From: an uncultured Acidobacteriota bacterium
GTDB lineage: Bacteria; Acidobacteriota; Vicinamibacteria; Vicinamibacterales; CAVVIG01
Direction of reading: 5' to 3'
DNA length: 64,000 nt
Assembly (NCBI GenBank): GCA_963750035.1
Contig: CAVVPE010000021.1
Span: 77,789 to 141,788 of the forward strand
Shown: positions 1-10,688 of the stretch, one piece after another
Layout of the letters: each line of letters opens with the position of its first letter
How positions within the stretch are numbered: position 1 is the first letter of the stretch
Program-made: the position numbers and the translations under genes
Notes under the pieces: generated by a model
What the model was told of the DNA's origin: nothing
Database searches by the model: none
The model's input: only the letters and a program-made list of their open reading frames with translations

Positions 1-103
1 GCAGTTCGGCGGTGCGCTCACCGGCCAGCGGCCTGACGATCCCGGCGAAGCCGTTGTGCCAGTCGACCAGCGTGCCGAAGCAGTCGAACGTGACCCACCG
101 CAC
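1..103 (-). CDS. HAD-superfamily hydrolase (haloacid dehalogenase-like), N-terminal fragment continuing past the window start
   Basis: Minus-strand translation from GTG at 103-101 reads VRWVTFDCFGTLVDWHNGFAGIVRPLAGERTAEL. FDCFGTL near the N-terminus matches HAD motif I. The frame is open to the window edge, so it is absent from the ORF track. Confidence 0.45.
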   Translation of the reverse strand, partial: MRWVTFDCFGTLVDWHNGFAGIVRPLAGERTAEL

Positions 104-117
104 TCTTACTGCACTGG

Positions 118-1331
118 TTACTCGCACTGCCTGCCGCACGAGCGTCTTGAATTGCCCCGGCAGCCCGTCGGCGAACTGAGTCATCAGAATCGTGATCATT
201 TCGGTCGCCGGATCGTTCCAGAAGTAAGTGCCTGCCGATCCGTTCCAGCCGTACTCGCCGCGATTCGCGGGCTGTTTCTGCTGCCCGGGATCGACGACCA
301 CTTCGACGTTCCCGAGGCCCCAGCCCATGCCGTTGCGTTCCTTCACCATCGCGTCGGTCAGTCCGTTCGCTGGTCATCGAGTCGACCGTCTTCGCGGAGA
401 GGAGCCGCACGCCCGCCAGCTCGCCCTTGTTCAGGAGCATCTGGCTGAACCGGAGGAAGTCGGGAACCGTCGAGACCAGGCCGACCGCACCTTCGAGCAG
501 AGCCGGGCGGACGGTGAACGGAACCTCTTCGATCTCGTTCGCGACAAGCGTCACCGCTTGCTCGAGGGCGTAGCGCGTCGTGAACCGCGACGCCTGCTCG
601 GGTGCTACCCAGAAGGTGGTGTCCGTCATCCCCAGCGGCTGGAAAATCTCGCTGGCCATGAAGCGGTCGAGAGGCTGGCCCGACCAGATTTCGATCAGGC
701 GCCCGACGACCGTCGGACTCTCGCTGTAGCGATATCTCGTTCCCGGATCATCCATCAGCGGCACGCGAACGATGTTGGCGATGAACTGCGGGAGCGCCTG
801 CGCGCGTGACCGGACCTTCTCGCGCTGATAGAGCTGCGACGTCCGGTGATTGAGGCCGGAGGTGTGAAGCAGCAGGTCCTGCACCGTGATCTCGCGCGCG
901 GGCGGCCGCGTGGTGCCGTCCGGAGACGACACGACGACACCCTTGAACTCGGGGATGAACTTCGCGACCGGATCGGTCAGGGCAAAGCGGCCGCGCTCGT
1001 GCAACATCATCGCGGCCACCGCCGTCACCGGCTTGGTCATCGAGTAGATGCGAAACAACGAGCGATCGGTCATCGGCGCACGGGTCTCGAGGTCCTGGAC
1101 GCCGGCGACATGCACATAGGCGAGCTTGCCGCGTCGGGCAACCGCCGCAACGGCTCCGGCGACTCGCTTCTCGGCCACGGACCGATTCAGCAGATCGGTG
1201 GCTTCCTGCAGCTTCGCCGGGTTCAGCCCTACCGACTCCGGCGTCGCGCTGGGAAAGGGCTCGGCGCCGAAGGGGCTCGGCGCCAGCAGCACCGCCAGGC
1301 ACAGAGCGACGGCGGCGGGTCTTGACTTCAT
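118..1331 (-). CDS. Secreted serine hydrolase, class C beta-lactamase/EstB-like family; frameshifted near 355, 3' end uncertain
   Basis: ORF 18..1436 read from the Met at 1331 has a signal peptide (MKSRPAAVALCLAVLLAPSPFGA) and an SxxK nucleophile motif (YSMTKPVT). After ...KTVDSMTS the family-like sequence continues in another frame (NGLTDAMVKERNGMGWGLGNVEVVVDPGQQKQPANRGEYGWNGSAGTYFWNDPATEMITILMTQ). That frame has no stop before the HAD start. The candidate TAA at 118-120 lies in the third frame. Confidence 0.75.
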
Positions 1332-1353
1332 GCCGGGGGATGGTAGCACGGGC

Positions 1354-2136
1354 TCACGCGCCACCGGCACGCGCCAGCCACCACACGGCGCCCGCGAGCG
1401 CCACGCCGGTGACGATGTCGACGACGAAGTGTGCACGCGTGATCACCGCCGCGACGCTGATCGTGATGGCCAGCGCCAGCAGGATCGTCCCCTCGATCGG
1501 CATCGTCTGCATGACGGCCAGCGCGACCGCAAGCGAGCCGGCCGCGTGGCCGCTCGGCAGCGTGTTCGCACCGGTCGTCGCGTGCTTCATGAAGGCAACC
1601 GACGCACGCGGCCCGCGGGAGTCGAGGCGCTCGAGCACCCACGGCGGCCGGGTCTGGAGATACGGCAGCGTGGCGAACGCACCCAGCTCGGCGCCGATCA
1701 CGAGCGTCCAATAGTGGGCGGAGCGGTCGCCGTGCCCCGCGGCCAGCAGCAGGGCGAGCCCGGCCGGCACGAGCAGGAAGCAGCTGATGTACGCCGCGTC
1801 AAGGAGGCGGATGACGGCCGGTGGCCAGCGCGCGAAAGCGGCGCGGGGGTCTCCGAGGACGCGCCGATCGATCGCGGCCAGCCACGATTCGACGCGCGGC
1901 ATCGGCGCGAAGAAGGTGCGGCCGGAGAGATAGTACGCTGCCAGCAGGTAACCCATCGGCGCCCAGTTTCGCAGTGCGGAGTTTCCGGCGCGCGAGACCG
2001 CGACGATGGCAATGGCCGCCGCGATCGATCCGAGCGCCGCCGTGAGGCGGCGGCCGAGCGGCATCCGGTACCGCACGAGCGCCGCGACCGCGACGTGCGC
2101 GAAGAACAGGATGGCGATCGACTCATGACGTAACAT
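1354..2136 (-). CDS. PAP2-family integral membrane phosphatase
   Basis: Intact 260-aa ORF with several hydrophobic segments. It carries PAP2 C2/C3-like motifs PSGHAA and TRAHFVVD (HxxxD). Confidence 0.8.
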   Translation of the reverse strand: MLRHESIAILFFAHVAVAALVRYRMPLGRRLTAALGSIAAAIAIVAVSRAGNSALRNWAPMGYLLAAYYLSGRTFFAPMPRVESWLAAIDRRVLGDPRAAFARWPPAVIRLLDAAYISCFLLVPAGLALLLAAGHGDRSAHYWTLVIGAELGAFATLPYLQTRPPWVLERLDSRGPRASVAFMKHATTGANTLPSGHAAGSLAVALAVMQTMPIEGTILLALAITISVAAVITRAHFVVDIVTGVALAGAVWWLARAGGA

Positions 2137-2165
2137 ACCTGCCGACCCATGGAGACCGACGCTCG

Positions 2166-3286
2166 TTGATCGAGGTCCGACAGGTCTCCAGCCGCCGCGA
2201 ACTGACGCGCTTCATCGACTACGCCTATCAGCGCAACGCCGGCGACCCGCATTGGGTGCCGCCGCTGCGCTTCGCGGAGCGCGATCGGCTCGTGCCGTCG
2301 AAGAATCCGTTCTTCGCGCACGCCGACGCGGCGCTGTTTCTCGCGCGCGACGCGAGCGGCCGGGTCGCAGGGCGCATCGCCGCGATCGACGACCGGCTCC
2401 ATAACCAGACCCATCGCGAAAACATCGCGATGTTCGGCTTCTTCGAAGCCGCGACCGCCGCCGCCGCGCAGGCGCTGTTTGACGCCGTCGAGCGGTGGGC
2501 GGCCGAGCGCGGGACGCGACGCCGTCAGGGGTCCGCTCAACCCGTCGATGAACGAAAGCGCCGGCCTGCTCATCGACGGCTTCGACACCGATCCCATGCT
2601 CATGATGCCGCACAACCCGCCGGAGTACGCGGCGTTCATCGAGGCGGCGGGCTACGGCAAGGCCAAGGATCTCTACGCCTGGCTCGTATGACATGAGCCG
2701 CGGCGTCGAGCCGACCATCGCCCGGCTTGCGGCCCGGTCGGAACGCAGGCGGTCAATCAGTATCCGGCCGCTCCGGCTCGACGAATTCGAGAGCGAGGTC
2801 GACCGCCTGCGCCTGATCTATTGCGGCGCGTGGGCGCGCAACTGGGGATTCGTGCCCCCAACCTCCGACGAGTTCCGGCGGATTGCCCGAGAGCTGCGGC
2901 CTATCTTCGACCCGCGCTGCGCGCTCTGCGCGGAGGTCAACGGCCAGCCAGTCGGCTGTGCCATCGCCGTGCCCGATATCAACCAGGCGCTGAAAGGCAC
3001 CGGCGGGCGGCTCCTTCCTTTCGGCATTGTCCGCCTGCTCGCGCGGCGATGGATCGTCGATCAGACTCGGCTGATGATCCTCGGCGTGACGCCGGGCTAC
3101 CGCGCGCATGGGTTGTACGCCCTGATGATTGCGCGGTTGCATGGCCAGCTGAAACCCGCATACAAGCGCGTCGAGTTGTCCTGGGTCCTCGAAGACAATC
3201 GCGACATCATCAGGGCGCTGGAGTTGATCGGAGCCAGGCACTACAAGACGTACCGGATCTACGAGAAACGCCTGGCAGTCGGATGA
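2166..3286 (+). CDS. Long GNAT-family N-acyltransferase (about 370 aa), two frameshifts
   Basis: Three collinear ORF pieces (2166.., 2479..2691, 2693..3286) join into one protein: MIEVRQVSSRRELTRFIDYAYQRNAGDPHWVPPLR...GPLNPSMNESAGLLIDGFDTDPMLMMPHNPPEYAAFIEAAGYGKAKDLYAWL/YDMSRG...GYRAHGLYALMIARLH...LSWVLEDN. The frame steps +1 near 2514 and +1 near 2686 (TGG CTC g TAT GAC). Its stop overlaps the next start (ATGA at 3283-3286). Confidence 0.75.
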
Positions 3287-4237
3287 TTGCGGTCACCGGA
3301 GCGGCAGGGTTCATCGGGCGGCATCTCGTCGCGCGGCTTGCGGCGTCGGGACGGCACGTGCGGGCGATCGTGCGGCCTGGCTCGACCCGCACACCGGCGG
3401 CGGCCTCCGAGACGCGACACGCGCCGCTCGTGACCGGGCCGCTGACCGAAGCGTTTGCGGGCGCCGAGGTCGTCGTCCACCTCGCGGGCCGCGTCCGCGC
3501 CGCTGACGTCGACGAGTTCACGCGCAGCAACGTCGCGGGTACGGATGCCGTGGCGCGCGCGGCACAGGCCGTCGGTGCGCGGCTGGTGTACGTCTCGAGC
3601 CTTGCAGCGGCGGGCCCTGCTCCGCCGGAATCGCCGCGCCAGGAAAGCGACCCGCCTGCTCCCATCACGGCGTATGGCGCCAGCAAGCTCGCCGGCGAAG
3701 ATGCTCTCCGCGCCGTCGAGGGGCTCCGCTGGACGATCCTGCGGCCCGGCGTCGGTGTATGGTCCGCAGGATGCGGCGCTGTTGGCGCTCTTCAGGATGG
3801 CCGAGCGCGGGGTCCTGCCCCTGGTCGGCAGACCCACCGCTGCGTATACCTTTATTCACGTCGACGACATGGTCCGCGCGATCGAGGCGGCGATCGACCG
3901 TCACGTCGATGGCCGCGTGATTTTCATTGGCCACCCAGTGCCGGTCGCCGCGCGAACGCTCGTCGAGGGCATTCGTGCCGCGGTCGGCCGGCCAGCGACC
4001 ATCGTCCCGCTTCCGCTCACGGTCACTCGCGCCGCCGCGGCGTTGTGCGACCTGACGACGCAGCTCACGGGCCGGCTGCTCCCGCTCGATCGCTGGCGGT
4101 ACGCGGAGCTCGCCGCCGCCGGTTTCGTCTGCCGCGTCGACCTGATGCGGGAGCTGCTCCAGGTCGAACCCGAAGTCACACTGGCGGACGGCCTGTCGCG
4201 GACCGCCGCCTGGTACCGCGAGCAGGGATGGCTATAG
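3283..4237 (+). CDS. NAD-dependent epimerase/dehydratase-family SDR, one frameshift
   Basis: Rossmann motif MIAVTGAAGFIGRHLV and catalytic YxxxK (YGASK). The frame steps +1 near 3754 (GGC GTC g GTG TAT restores ILRPGVVYGPQD). The C-terminal part lies in ORF 3455..4237. Confidence 0.8.
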
Positions 4238-4291
4238 GGCCGGGCCGTCTCAGGCCCGCGTGCGGCGTTCGATCGGACTGACCTGCAACTG

Positions 4292-4355
4292 GATTTGGAA
4301 TTCGGAATTTGGCATTCGTATCAGAACTCGCATTCCTAATTCCGAACCGAATTCG
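4292..4355. terminator. Imperfect long AT-richer hairpin between convergent genes (possible bidirectional terminator)
   Basis: GGATTTGGAATTCGGAATTTGGCATTCG ... CGCATTCCTAATTCCGAACCGAATTC. GAATTCGG pairs with CCGAATTC and GGAATT with AATTCC. It lies between the SDR stop (4237) and the CitMHS stop (4336) and partly overlaps the last CitMHS codons. Confidence 0.4.
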
Positions 4356-5725
4356 ACATTCGGTATGCCGCCCTACCAGTGAATCGCCCCGTGAGAAGCG
4401 CCGCAATCGCCATCACAAGGCTGATCGCGAACAGGTATGGGATCGCTCGCCGCTGGTGATCCGCGAGGTCGACGCCGGCGAGGCCGACCAGCAGGAATGT
4501 CGCGGGCGTGAGCGGACTCACCGGAAATCCCGTCGTCATCTGTCCGACGAGCGCCGCGCGGCCGACATCGATGGCCGAGGCGCCGGCCGCTTGCGACGCG
4601 CTCGCGAGCACCGGCAGGACGCCGAAGTAGAACGAATCTGGATCGAAGACGAGGCTGAGCGGCATCGAGACGACCGCGAGCAGCACCGGCAGATGGCGCA
4701 GCACGCCGGGTGGAAGGATGCCGACGATGTCCTGGGCCATCGAGGTCAGCATGCCTGTTCCGGTCATGATCCCCGCAAAGAGGCCCGCCGCCAGCACCGT
4801 GGTGACCATGACCATCGCGGCGTGGCCGTGCGCTTCCAGGCGCTCACGCTGCAGGCGTGCGTCTGGAAAGTTGACGACGAGCGCGATGGCGCAGGCCAGC
4901 AGAAAGACTACCGGCAGCGGCAGGATCTCGACGACGAGCGCCGTCAGCGTCACCACGGTCAGCGCGGCGTTGAACCAGAAGAACCGCGGCAGACGGTCGG
5001 TCCCGGCGGCGCCCTCCTCGGCGTGGCCGCGGCCGGCGGGCTCGCGAGCGCCCAATGCGGCGGGTCCGCGAGCGCTCAATGGGACGGGTCCGCGAGCGCT
5101 CAATGCGCTCGCTTCAAACGAAGACCGTGCACGGGCGCCAATCAACGCGGCGAGCACGAACACCATCACGATGCCCGCCACCGTCGGCACGACCAGCGGG
5201 TTGAACAGCTCACCGACCCCGACCTGCAGCGCGGTGGCGGCGCGCGTCGCCGGGCCGCCCCAGGGCAGGATGTTCATCGTGCCCGCCGCCATGGCGGTCG
5301 TGCACGTGAGGATCAGCGGGTCCATCCCGAGCCGCTGATAGATCGGCAGCATCGCCGGCACGGTGACCATGAAAGTGCTCGCCCCCGCGCCGTCCAGGTG
5401 CGCGACCGTGGCGAGCGCCGCCGTGCCCATCACCACCTTGCCCGGGTCCCGTCCCACCAGCCGCACGACGCGGCGGATCATCGGGATCGAAGAGACCGGC
5501 GTCGTGCATCACGCCGAAGTAGACGACCGCGAACGCGAGGAGCGCCGCGGTCGGCGCCACGCCGCGGATGCCGTCCATGGCAAACGAGCCCAGTTTGGGG
5601 GCGAAGCCGCCGGCGAGCGCGGCGGCAATCGGCACCAGCGTCAGGGCGACGAGCACCGACGTGATGCGAAAGAGAATGAGCGCGAGCAGGGCGGAAATGG
5701 CCGCGAGGCCGAGCCACGTCAACAT
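4336..5725 (-). CDS. CitMHS-family citrate/divalent-cation:H+ symporter-like transporter, one frameshift
   Basis: ORF 5210..5833 from the Met at 5725 (MLTWLGLAAISALLALILF...DAGLFDP) joins ORF 4336..5481 (MIRRVVRLVGRDPGKVVMGTAALATVAHLDGAGASTFMVTVPAMLPIYQRLGMDP...). The frame change is near 5482. The protein is polytopic. Confidence 0.8.
5038..5109. repeat. In-frame 24-bp x3 tandem repeat inside the CitMHS central loop
   Basis: The units are GGGCTCGCGAGCGCCCAATGCGGC, GGGTCCGCGAGCGCTCAATGGGAC and GGGTCCGCGAGCGCTCAATGCGCT. On the coding strand they translate as repeated LSARGP(V/A)(P/A). Each unit contains the palindrome GAGCGCTC. Confidence 0.85.
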
Positions 5726-5735
5726 CGACGCGGCG

Positions 5736-7770
5736 TCACGACGACGACCGGCAGACGAGATCGGCGATCCGGCGCAGGTCGGATGCGCTCGCCGACGCCG
5801 GCGGGAGCACTGAAGCCTTGGCGGCCGATTCAATCAGACGGTCGGCATCACTCTGCAGAAGGAACCGATCGCGGACGAGCTCACCCGCCGCCCGCTTCAC
5901 CGCGCACATATATCCTTCCTGCGTGCCGTATCGTTCCTCGATTGACGGCCGCGGATCGGCGGCCTTCGTCCGCGCCTCGCGTGTGACCGCGAAGGGCACG
6001 TAGCCGCCGGAGAAGCCGCAAATCTGCCCTTTGAAGAAGCCTGTCGTCTGGACGTTCCAGCCGAGATACGTCCCGAGCGGCGCCTGATGCAGAACCGAAG
6101 GAATGCCCACCGTTTCGTTGCCGTCGGCGTTCACGCGCGGCACCAGCGTGGGAATCACTTGCTTGATCACTGGCGGCTGACGGGCGATCACGCCTGACAG
6201 GTCAACGTAGTTAAACGACGTTCCGAAATCGTAATCGAGCACCGCGTTGACGAAGTGATCCGTGAACGTCAGGCCTGGAACGGCCGGGAATCCAGTCGCT
6301 GCGCGCGTGGCCGGCACCAGCGTGCCCGCGGCCAGGGTCGGATAGCGGCTTGGCGGCGGCGCGGTTCCGCGCACGACCCAGTCGACGAGCGCTGCCGTCA
6401 GCGCTCGCGTCGTATCGGCCATCGGATTGGGATTCTGCGGCAGCACGCATCGATCGTTGGCGGCCTGTGCGACGTCGAATCCTCCCCGGCCGCCGCCGTG
6501 GGTGGTGCCCGGCATGTAATAGCGCCTGACGTTGTCGGGAACCGGGATGTCGTGTGCGGCGTCGGTGCCGACGAGCCCCGGCGACATCCGCAGGCCCCAG
6601 AACTCCGTCGCGCCGAATACCTCGAAGACTTTCGGACATGTCTTCGAAGCCGCGCAACGATCAAGCAGGCTCGCCGATCCACGGCCACGCTTCGAGTCTG
6701 AGGTACCTGCTCCACCACAACACCGGCTCGCTGCCTGGTTCGTAGAGCGCGGCCGCGCCGCCCGGCGCGGCGAAACGGAAGTTGAGCGGCGTCTGCCGCG
6801 CGGCGATGAACGGGAAGATGCCGTCCCACACGATCCGCCCGCCGAGATCCTCGTTAAAGCCGAGATGGACGAACGTCTTCAGGAAGTTCCCGGCCTGGGA
6901 TGTGCCGCTCGCCACTGAATGCCTGATCGCACCCGCGACCGGGTTCGGCGTTCCCGCCTGGTCCGCCCGAGCGGACCTGAAGAACGACACGAGATCGCGC
7001 GTCGCCGCGAGACCGACGCCGAGGACCATCGGATCCTTCGCGGTGTAGACCAGCTCGTACAGGCGGGCGGGATCGAACCCGTTCTTCAAGCAGAGGCGTG
7101 ACGGGTCCGGGACGCCGGGAAATGGCTTCGATCGGCAATCCGCGAACGCCCAGTCCGCCGGCGGAATCGTTCCGGTGCCGGTGTGAGCACCGTTCACAGC
7201 CTCGCTGGCGTGATAGGTCAGCGTCGCTCGCGACGTGTCGAGGCTGACCGGCTGGTAGGCCGCGCTGCCCATCGAGCCGAGACGGATCGAAGCCGTCGTC
7301 GTCCCGGCCGGCAGGTCGACGAACCGGGCCAGGACGGGGCCGGTGAGATCCGAGCCGTCACGGTTGCGCGCGACCGGCACCTTGATCGTCTGGTTGTTCG
7401 CCGTCGGAATGACGTCACCCTGCCAGCCGCTCACCAGCGAGACGTGCCCTTCGGGGCTCTCAACGGGCGCGCCATTGCCGCGATTGACGACCGAGTACAT
7501 CAACACGCCGCTCAACCTGGCGGGATCGGCCGGCCTGGTCAGCGCGAACGTGGCCACGTACTCGACACGTCCCCGGGCGTTGCGAGGCGCGAGGTCGAGA
7601 TCCTGGATGATGCGGTTTCGCCGGTCGGCCGCGTCGACCTCCCCGTGCGCGAAGCCCTTGATCCGCTCGTAGCCGCCGGTGACCTCGCGGCTGGTGATTT
7701 CCAGTCGCGTCACCTGCGCCGCGGCCGGTGATGCGACAGCGAGCGCGACCAAGGTAGCGATGAAGCGCAT
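5736..7770 (-). CDS. Secreted alpha/beta hydrolase domain-containing protein (about 670 aa), one frameshift
   Basis: ORF 6661..7770 has a signal peptide (MRFIATLVALAVASPAAAQ, then VTRLEITSREV...). It continues after a frame change near 6703 as ...DSKRGRGSASLLDRCAASKTCPKVFEVFGATEFWGLRMSPG, which joins ORF 5736..6587. Confidence 0.65.
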
Positions 7771-7780
7771 GATGTGTCGT

Positions 7781-7798
7781 GCAGGCCTTTAGGCCTGC
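7781..7798 (-). terminator. GCAGGCC-TTTA-GGCCTGC hairpin downstream of the Spt-like operon
   Basis: Perfect 7-bp stem with a 4-nt loop, 9 nt after the stop of the 7807..9015 gene. It belongs to the hairpin family also seen at 15575, 43505, 61611 and 61661. There is no U-tract. Confidence 0.45.
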
Positions 7799-7806
7799 TT
7801 CCCCAA

Positions 7807-9015
7807 TCACGATAGCGCGACGCGTGTGACGCCGAGCCGGGCGCCGGCGCGCGCGAGAATCTCGATGGCACGCGAGATCTGCCCGGCGGTGTGCGCCGCC
7901 GAACAGCTCGCCCGCAACACACATTCGTCCTTTGCGCAACCTGGCGGCACGATCACGTTCACGTACAGCCCCTGTGCCAGCAGCGCCTGCCAGAGCGCGA
8001 TCGTTCGGCCCTCGTCGCCCGTCAGAATTGGCACGATCGGCGATTCGGTGTCGCCGATCACGAAACCGCAGTCGAGGAGCCCGCGCCGGAAGGCGCGGAT
8101 GTTCCTCCACAGGTCGTCGCGCAGCTCGGGGTGCGCGCGGACGATGCGGACCGCGGCGTGGACGCTCGCGACGTTCGACGGCGAGCTCGACGCGGTGAAC
8201 ACGTATGCCCGTGCGAGGAAGTGCAGCAGTTTCAGCTCGGCGTGATCCGACACGCACACGCCGCCGACGCCTGCCAGCGACTTCGAGAAGGTGCCGACCA
8301 CGAAGTCGACCTCGTCCAGTACGCCCTGCGCTTCGGCGCAGCCAAGCCCGGTCTCGCCGAAGGTCCCGAGCGAGTGCGCCTCATCCACCAGGAGGTAGGC
8401 GTCGTGTGCCCGGCACACCTCGACGATGTCGGCGAGCGGCGCGACGTCGCCTCGAATCGAATAGAGGCCCTCGACGACGACCAGCCGGTTCTTCTGCCCC
8501 TTCGGCAGGCGAGCCAGCTTCCTCCGCAGGCTTTCGGCGGAATTGTGCCGGAACGCGATGACTTGCGACGCGCTCTGGCGCGTCGCGTCGTAGATGCTCG
8601 CGTGGCTGTCGGCGTCGATCAGGATGACGTCGCCGACGCCGCACAGTCCGCCGATGAGCGCCAGGTTCGCCTGGTAGCCGGTGCTGAAGATCAGCGCGTG
8701 CCGCTTGCCGAACCAGTCGGCCAGCTCCGCCTCGAGCTCTTCGTGCATGGCGAGCGTGCCGTTGGCTGCGCGCGAACCAGTCGTTGCCGATCCGTAGCGC
8801 GCCACTGCTTCCTGCGCCGCGGCGATGACTTCTGGATGGAAGGTCAACCCGAGATAGTTGTTCGAGCCGAACATCAGGGTCGGCCGCCCGTCGATGACGA
8901 CCTCGGCCGGGCCGATCACCTCGTCAATCACCGTGGCGCCTGGCGTCGCCCGGCTCCCGTCGAGGAGGGCGCGGCGCCGCTCGATGGCGCGCAGCTTGTC
9001 CAGGAGGTCGGTCAC
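7807..9015 (-). CDS. Alpha-oxoamine synthase, serine palmitoyltransferase-like (PLP-dependent)
   Basis: Intact 402-aa ORF. The PLP-lysine region FVVGTFSKSLAGVGG matches the GTFSKS form typical of Spt rather than the BioF or KBL forms. It overlaps the upstream ligase gene by 4 nt. Confidence 0.8.
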   Translation of the reverse strand: MTDLLDKLRAIERRRALLDGSRATPGATVIDEVIGPAEVVIDGRPTLMFGSNNYLGLTFHPEVIAAAQEAVARYGSATTGSRAANGTLAMHEELEAELADWFGKRHALIFSTGYQANLALIGGLCGVGDVILIDADSHASIYDATRQSASQVIAFRHNSAESLRRKLARLPKGQKNRLVVVEGLYSIRGDVAPLADIVEVCRAHDAYLLVDEAHSLGTFGETGLGCAEAQGVLDEVDFVVGTFSKSLAGVGGVCVSDHAELKLLHFLARAYVFTASSSPSNVASVHAAVRIVRAHPELRDDLWRNIRAFRRGLLDCGFVIGDTESPIVPILTGDEGRTIALWQALLAQGLYVNVIVPPGCAKDECVLRASCSAAHTAGQISRAIEILARAGARLGVTRVALS

Positions 9016-10688
9016 GCGTGAAGCCCCACGGACTTGGCGACTCCCGTCAGTTCGCCCCGTTCGTACAATGCGCGCACCGCGGCACGCCGCACCTTGCCGC
9101 TCGTCGTCCGGCCAATCGTGCCTCCTGGCACGAGCACGACGTCGCCGACCGCCAGCCCGAAGAGGTCGCCGACGATGCGGCGGATCTCGGCGCTCAGCGA
9201 GGCTGCAGCCACCGTTCCATTCGGCTCGGCGACGATGATCACGCGATTCGCGTCACCTGCGCCGAACGCGACCACGCGGCCGCGCCGGACGCCCGAAAGC
9301 CCTTCGACGCTCCACTCGAGATCCTGGGGGTGATACTTGCGGCCGTTGATCACGATGAGATCCTTCAACCGTCCGCAGACGAACAGCTCACCGTCCGACA
9401 GGTAGCCGAGATCTCCGGTGTGCAGCCATCCGTCCCGAACGGCGCGCGCGGTCGATTCGGGGTCCTTATAGTAGCCCACCATGACGGACGGGCCGGCCAG
9501 CGCGATCTCCCCGACTTCGCGCTCGTGCGCGGCCGAATCATCGTCGCGCACGATGCGGAGCGCGTGGCCGGGCAACGGACGGCCGCAGCTGACCAGCCGG
9601 ATCACCGCGCGTCCGTCAGGACCCACCGGCGCGGCCATGCCGTCGTCCGACAAGGCCTCGGCGGAGACGACGTCCACGCGCGGTTCTTGCTGGCGGACGC
9701 CGATGGTCGCGGCGAGCACGTGCTCGGCGAGGCCGTAACTGGGTACGAAGCACGACGCGCGGAATCCGGCCGGTCCGAATTTCTCCGCAAAAGCGGTCAG
9801 GGTCTGCGCGTTGATCGGCTCCGCGCCGCATCCGGCCACGCGCCAGCTCGAAAGATCCAATCCGTCCACGTTCTTCAGGCGCCTGACACACAGGTCGTAG
9901 CCGAAGTTCGGCGCGTAGCTGACCGTCGCGCGGTACTGCGTGATCGCGCGCAGCCATTCCACGGGACGCTTGACGAACATCTCGGGCGGCATGAGGACGA
10001 CCGGCCTTGCGCCGTAGAGGGGGCCGAGGGACATGCCGACCAGTCCCATGTCGTGGTACAGCGGCAGCCAGCTGACGCCGGTGTCCGCGGCGGTCACGTC
10101 GAGCCCTGATGGTCCGAAGATGCCTTCGATGTTCGCGGCAAGGCTGCGGTGCGTCAGCACCACACCCTTGGGCAGCGACGTGGAGCCCGACGTGTACTGG
10201 ATGAAGGCAACGTCGTCCAGCGACGGGCGCCACTCGTCGGCAGGCTCGTCGTCGTCGAGATCGTCGCCCGTGATGACGGCGTGGAGGCGGGGCAACCGTG
10301 TACGCAGCTCACCGAACCCGTCCACGAGCCCCCTGGTCGTCACGATCGCACGCGCATCCGAAGCGGCAAGCGTCGGCGCAACCGTCTCGAAGAAGCGCGA
10401 AAGATCCGCCGTGGTCGCTGGCGGATAGAGGGAGGCCGGGACGATCCCGGAGATGGCCGCGCCAATGAGCGTCGTCAGGAACTGCTCGGCGTCGGCGATG
10501 ACGAGCGCGACGACGTCGCCGCGCTCGAGGCCGGCGCGCCGCAGCCCCGCGGCAACGCGGTGAGCCGACACGCGAATGTCCGCGTACGAACGGGTCCGTG
10601 GGTCGCCATCCCCGAGGAACGTGTAGCCGGCGCTGCTTCCGGATCCCTCGTCGAGTGCTTCGGCCAGCGTCCTCAATCTCGGCATCAC
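9012..10688 (-). CDS. Fatty acyl-AMP ligase / acyl-ACP synthetase-like adenylating enzyme
   Basis: Intact 558-aa ORF with the AMP-binding motif QYTSGSTSLPKGVVLTH and ...GDLGY...GR.KD. It overlaps both the ACP gene and the synthase gene by 4 nt. Confidence 0.85.
   Translation of the reverse strand: MMPRLRTLAEALDEGSGSSAGYTFLGDGDPRTRSYADIRVSAHRVAAGLRRAGLERGDVVALVIADAEQFLTTLIGAAISGIVPASLYPPATTADLSRFFETVAPTLAASDARAIVTTRGLVDGFGELRTRLPRLHAVITGDDLDDDEPADEWRPSLDDVAFIQYTSGSTSLPKGVVLTHRSLAANIEGIFGPSGLDVTAADTGVSWLPLYHDMGLVGMSLGPLYGARPVVLMPPEMFVKRPVEWLRAITQYRATVSYAPNFGYDLCVRRLKNVDGLDLSSWRVAGCGAEPINAQTLTAFAEKFGPAGFRASCFVPSYGLAEHVLAATIGVRQQEPRVDVVSAEALSDDGMAAPVGPDGRAVIRLVSCGRPLPGHALRIVRDDDSAAHEREVGEIALAGPSVMVGYYKDPESTARAVRDGWLHTGDLGYLSDGELFVCGRLKDLIVINGRKYHPQDLEWSVEGLSGVRRGRVVAFGAGDANRVIIVAEPNGTVAAASLSAEIRRIVGDLFGLAVGDVVLVPGGTIGRTTSGKVRRAAVRALYERGELTGVAKSVGLHA

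Noticed and set aside
2821-4281. 486-aa ORF spanning the GNAT 3' half and the SDR gene
   Set aside because: Only the part from the Met at 3283 to about 3754 is real (SDR N-terminus). The upstream part is an out-of-frame reading of the GNAT gene, and the downstream part is out of frame after the indel.
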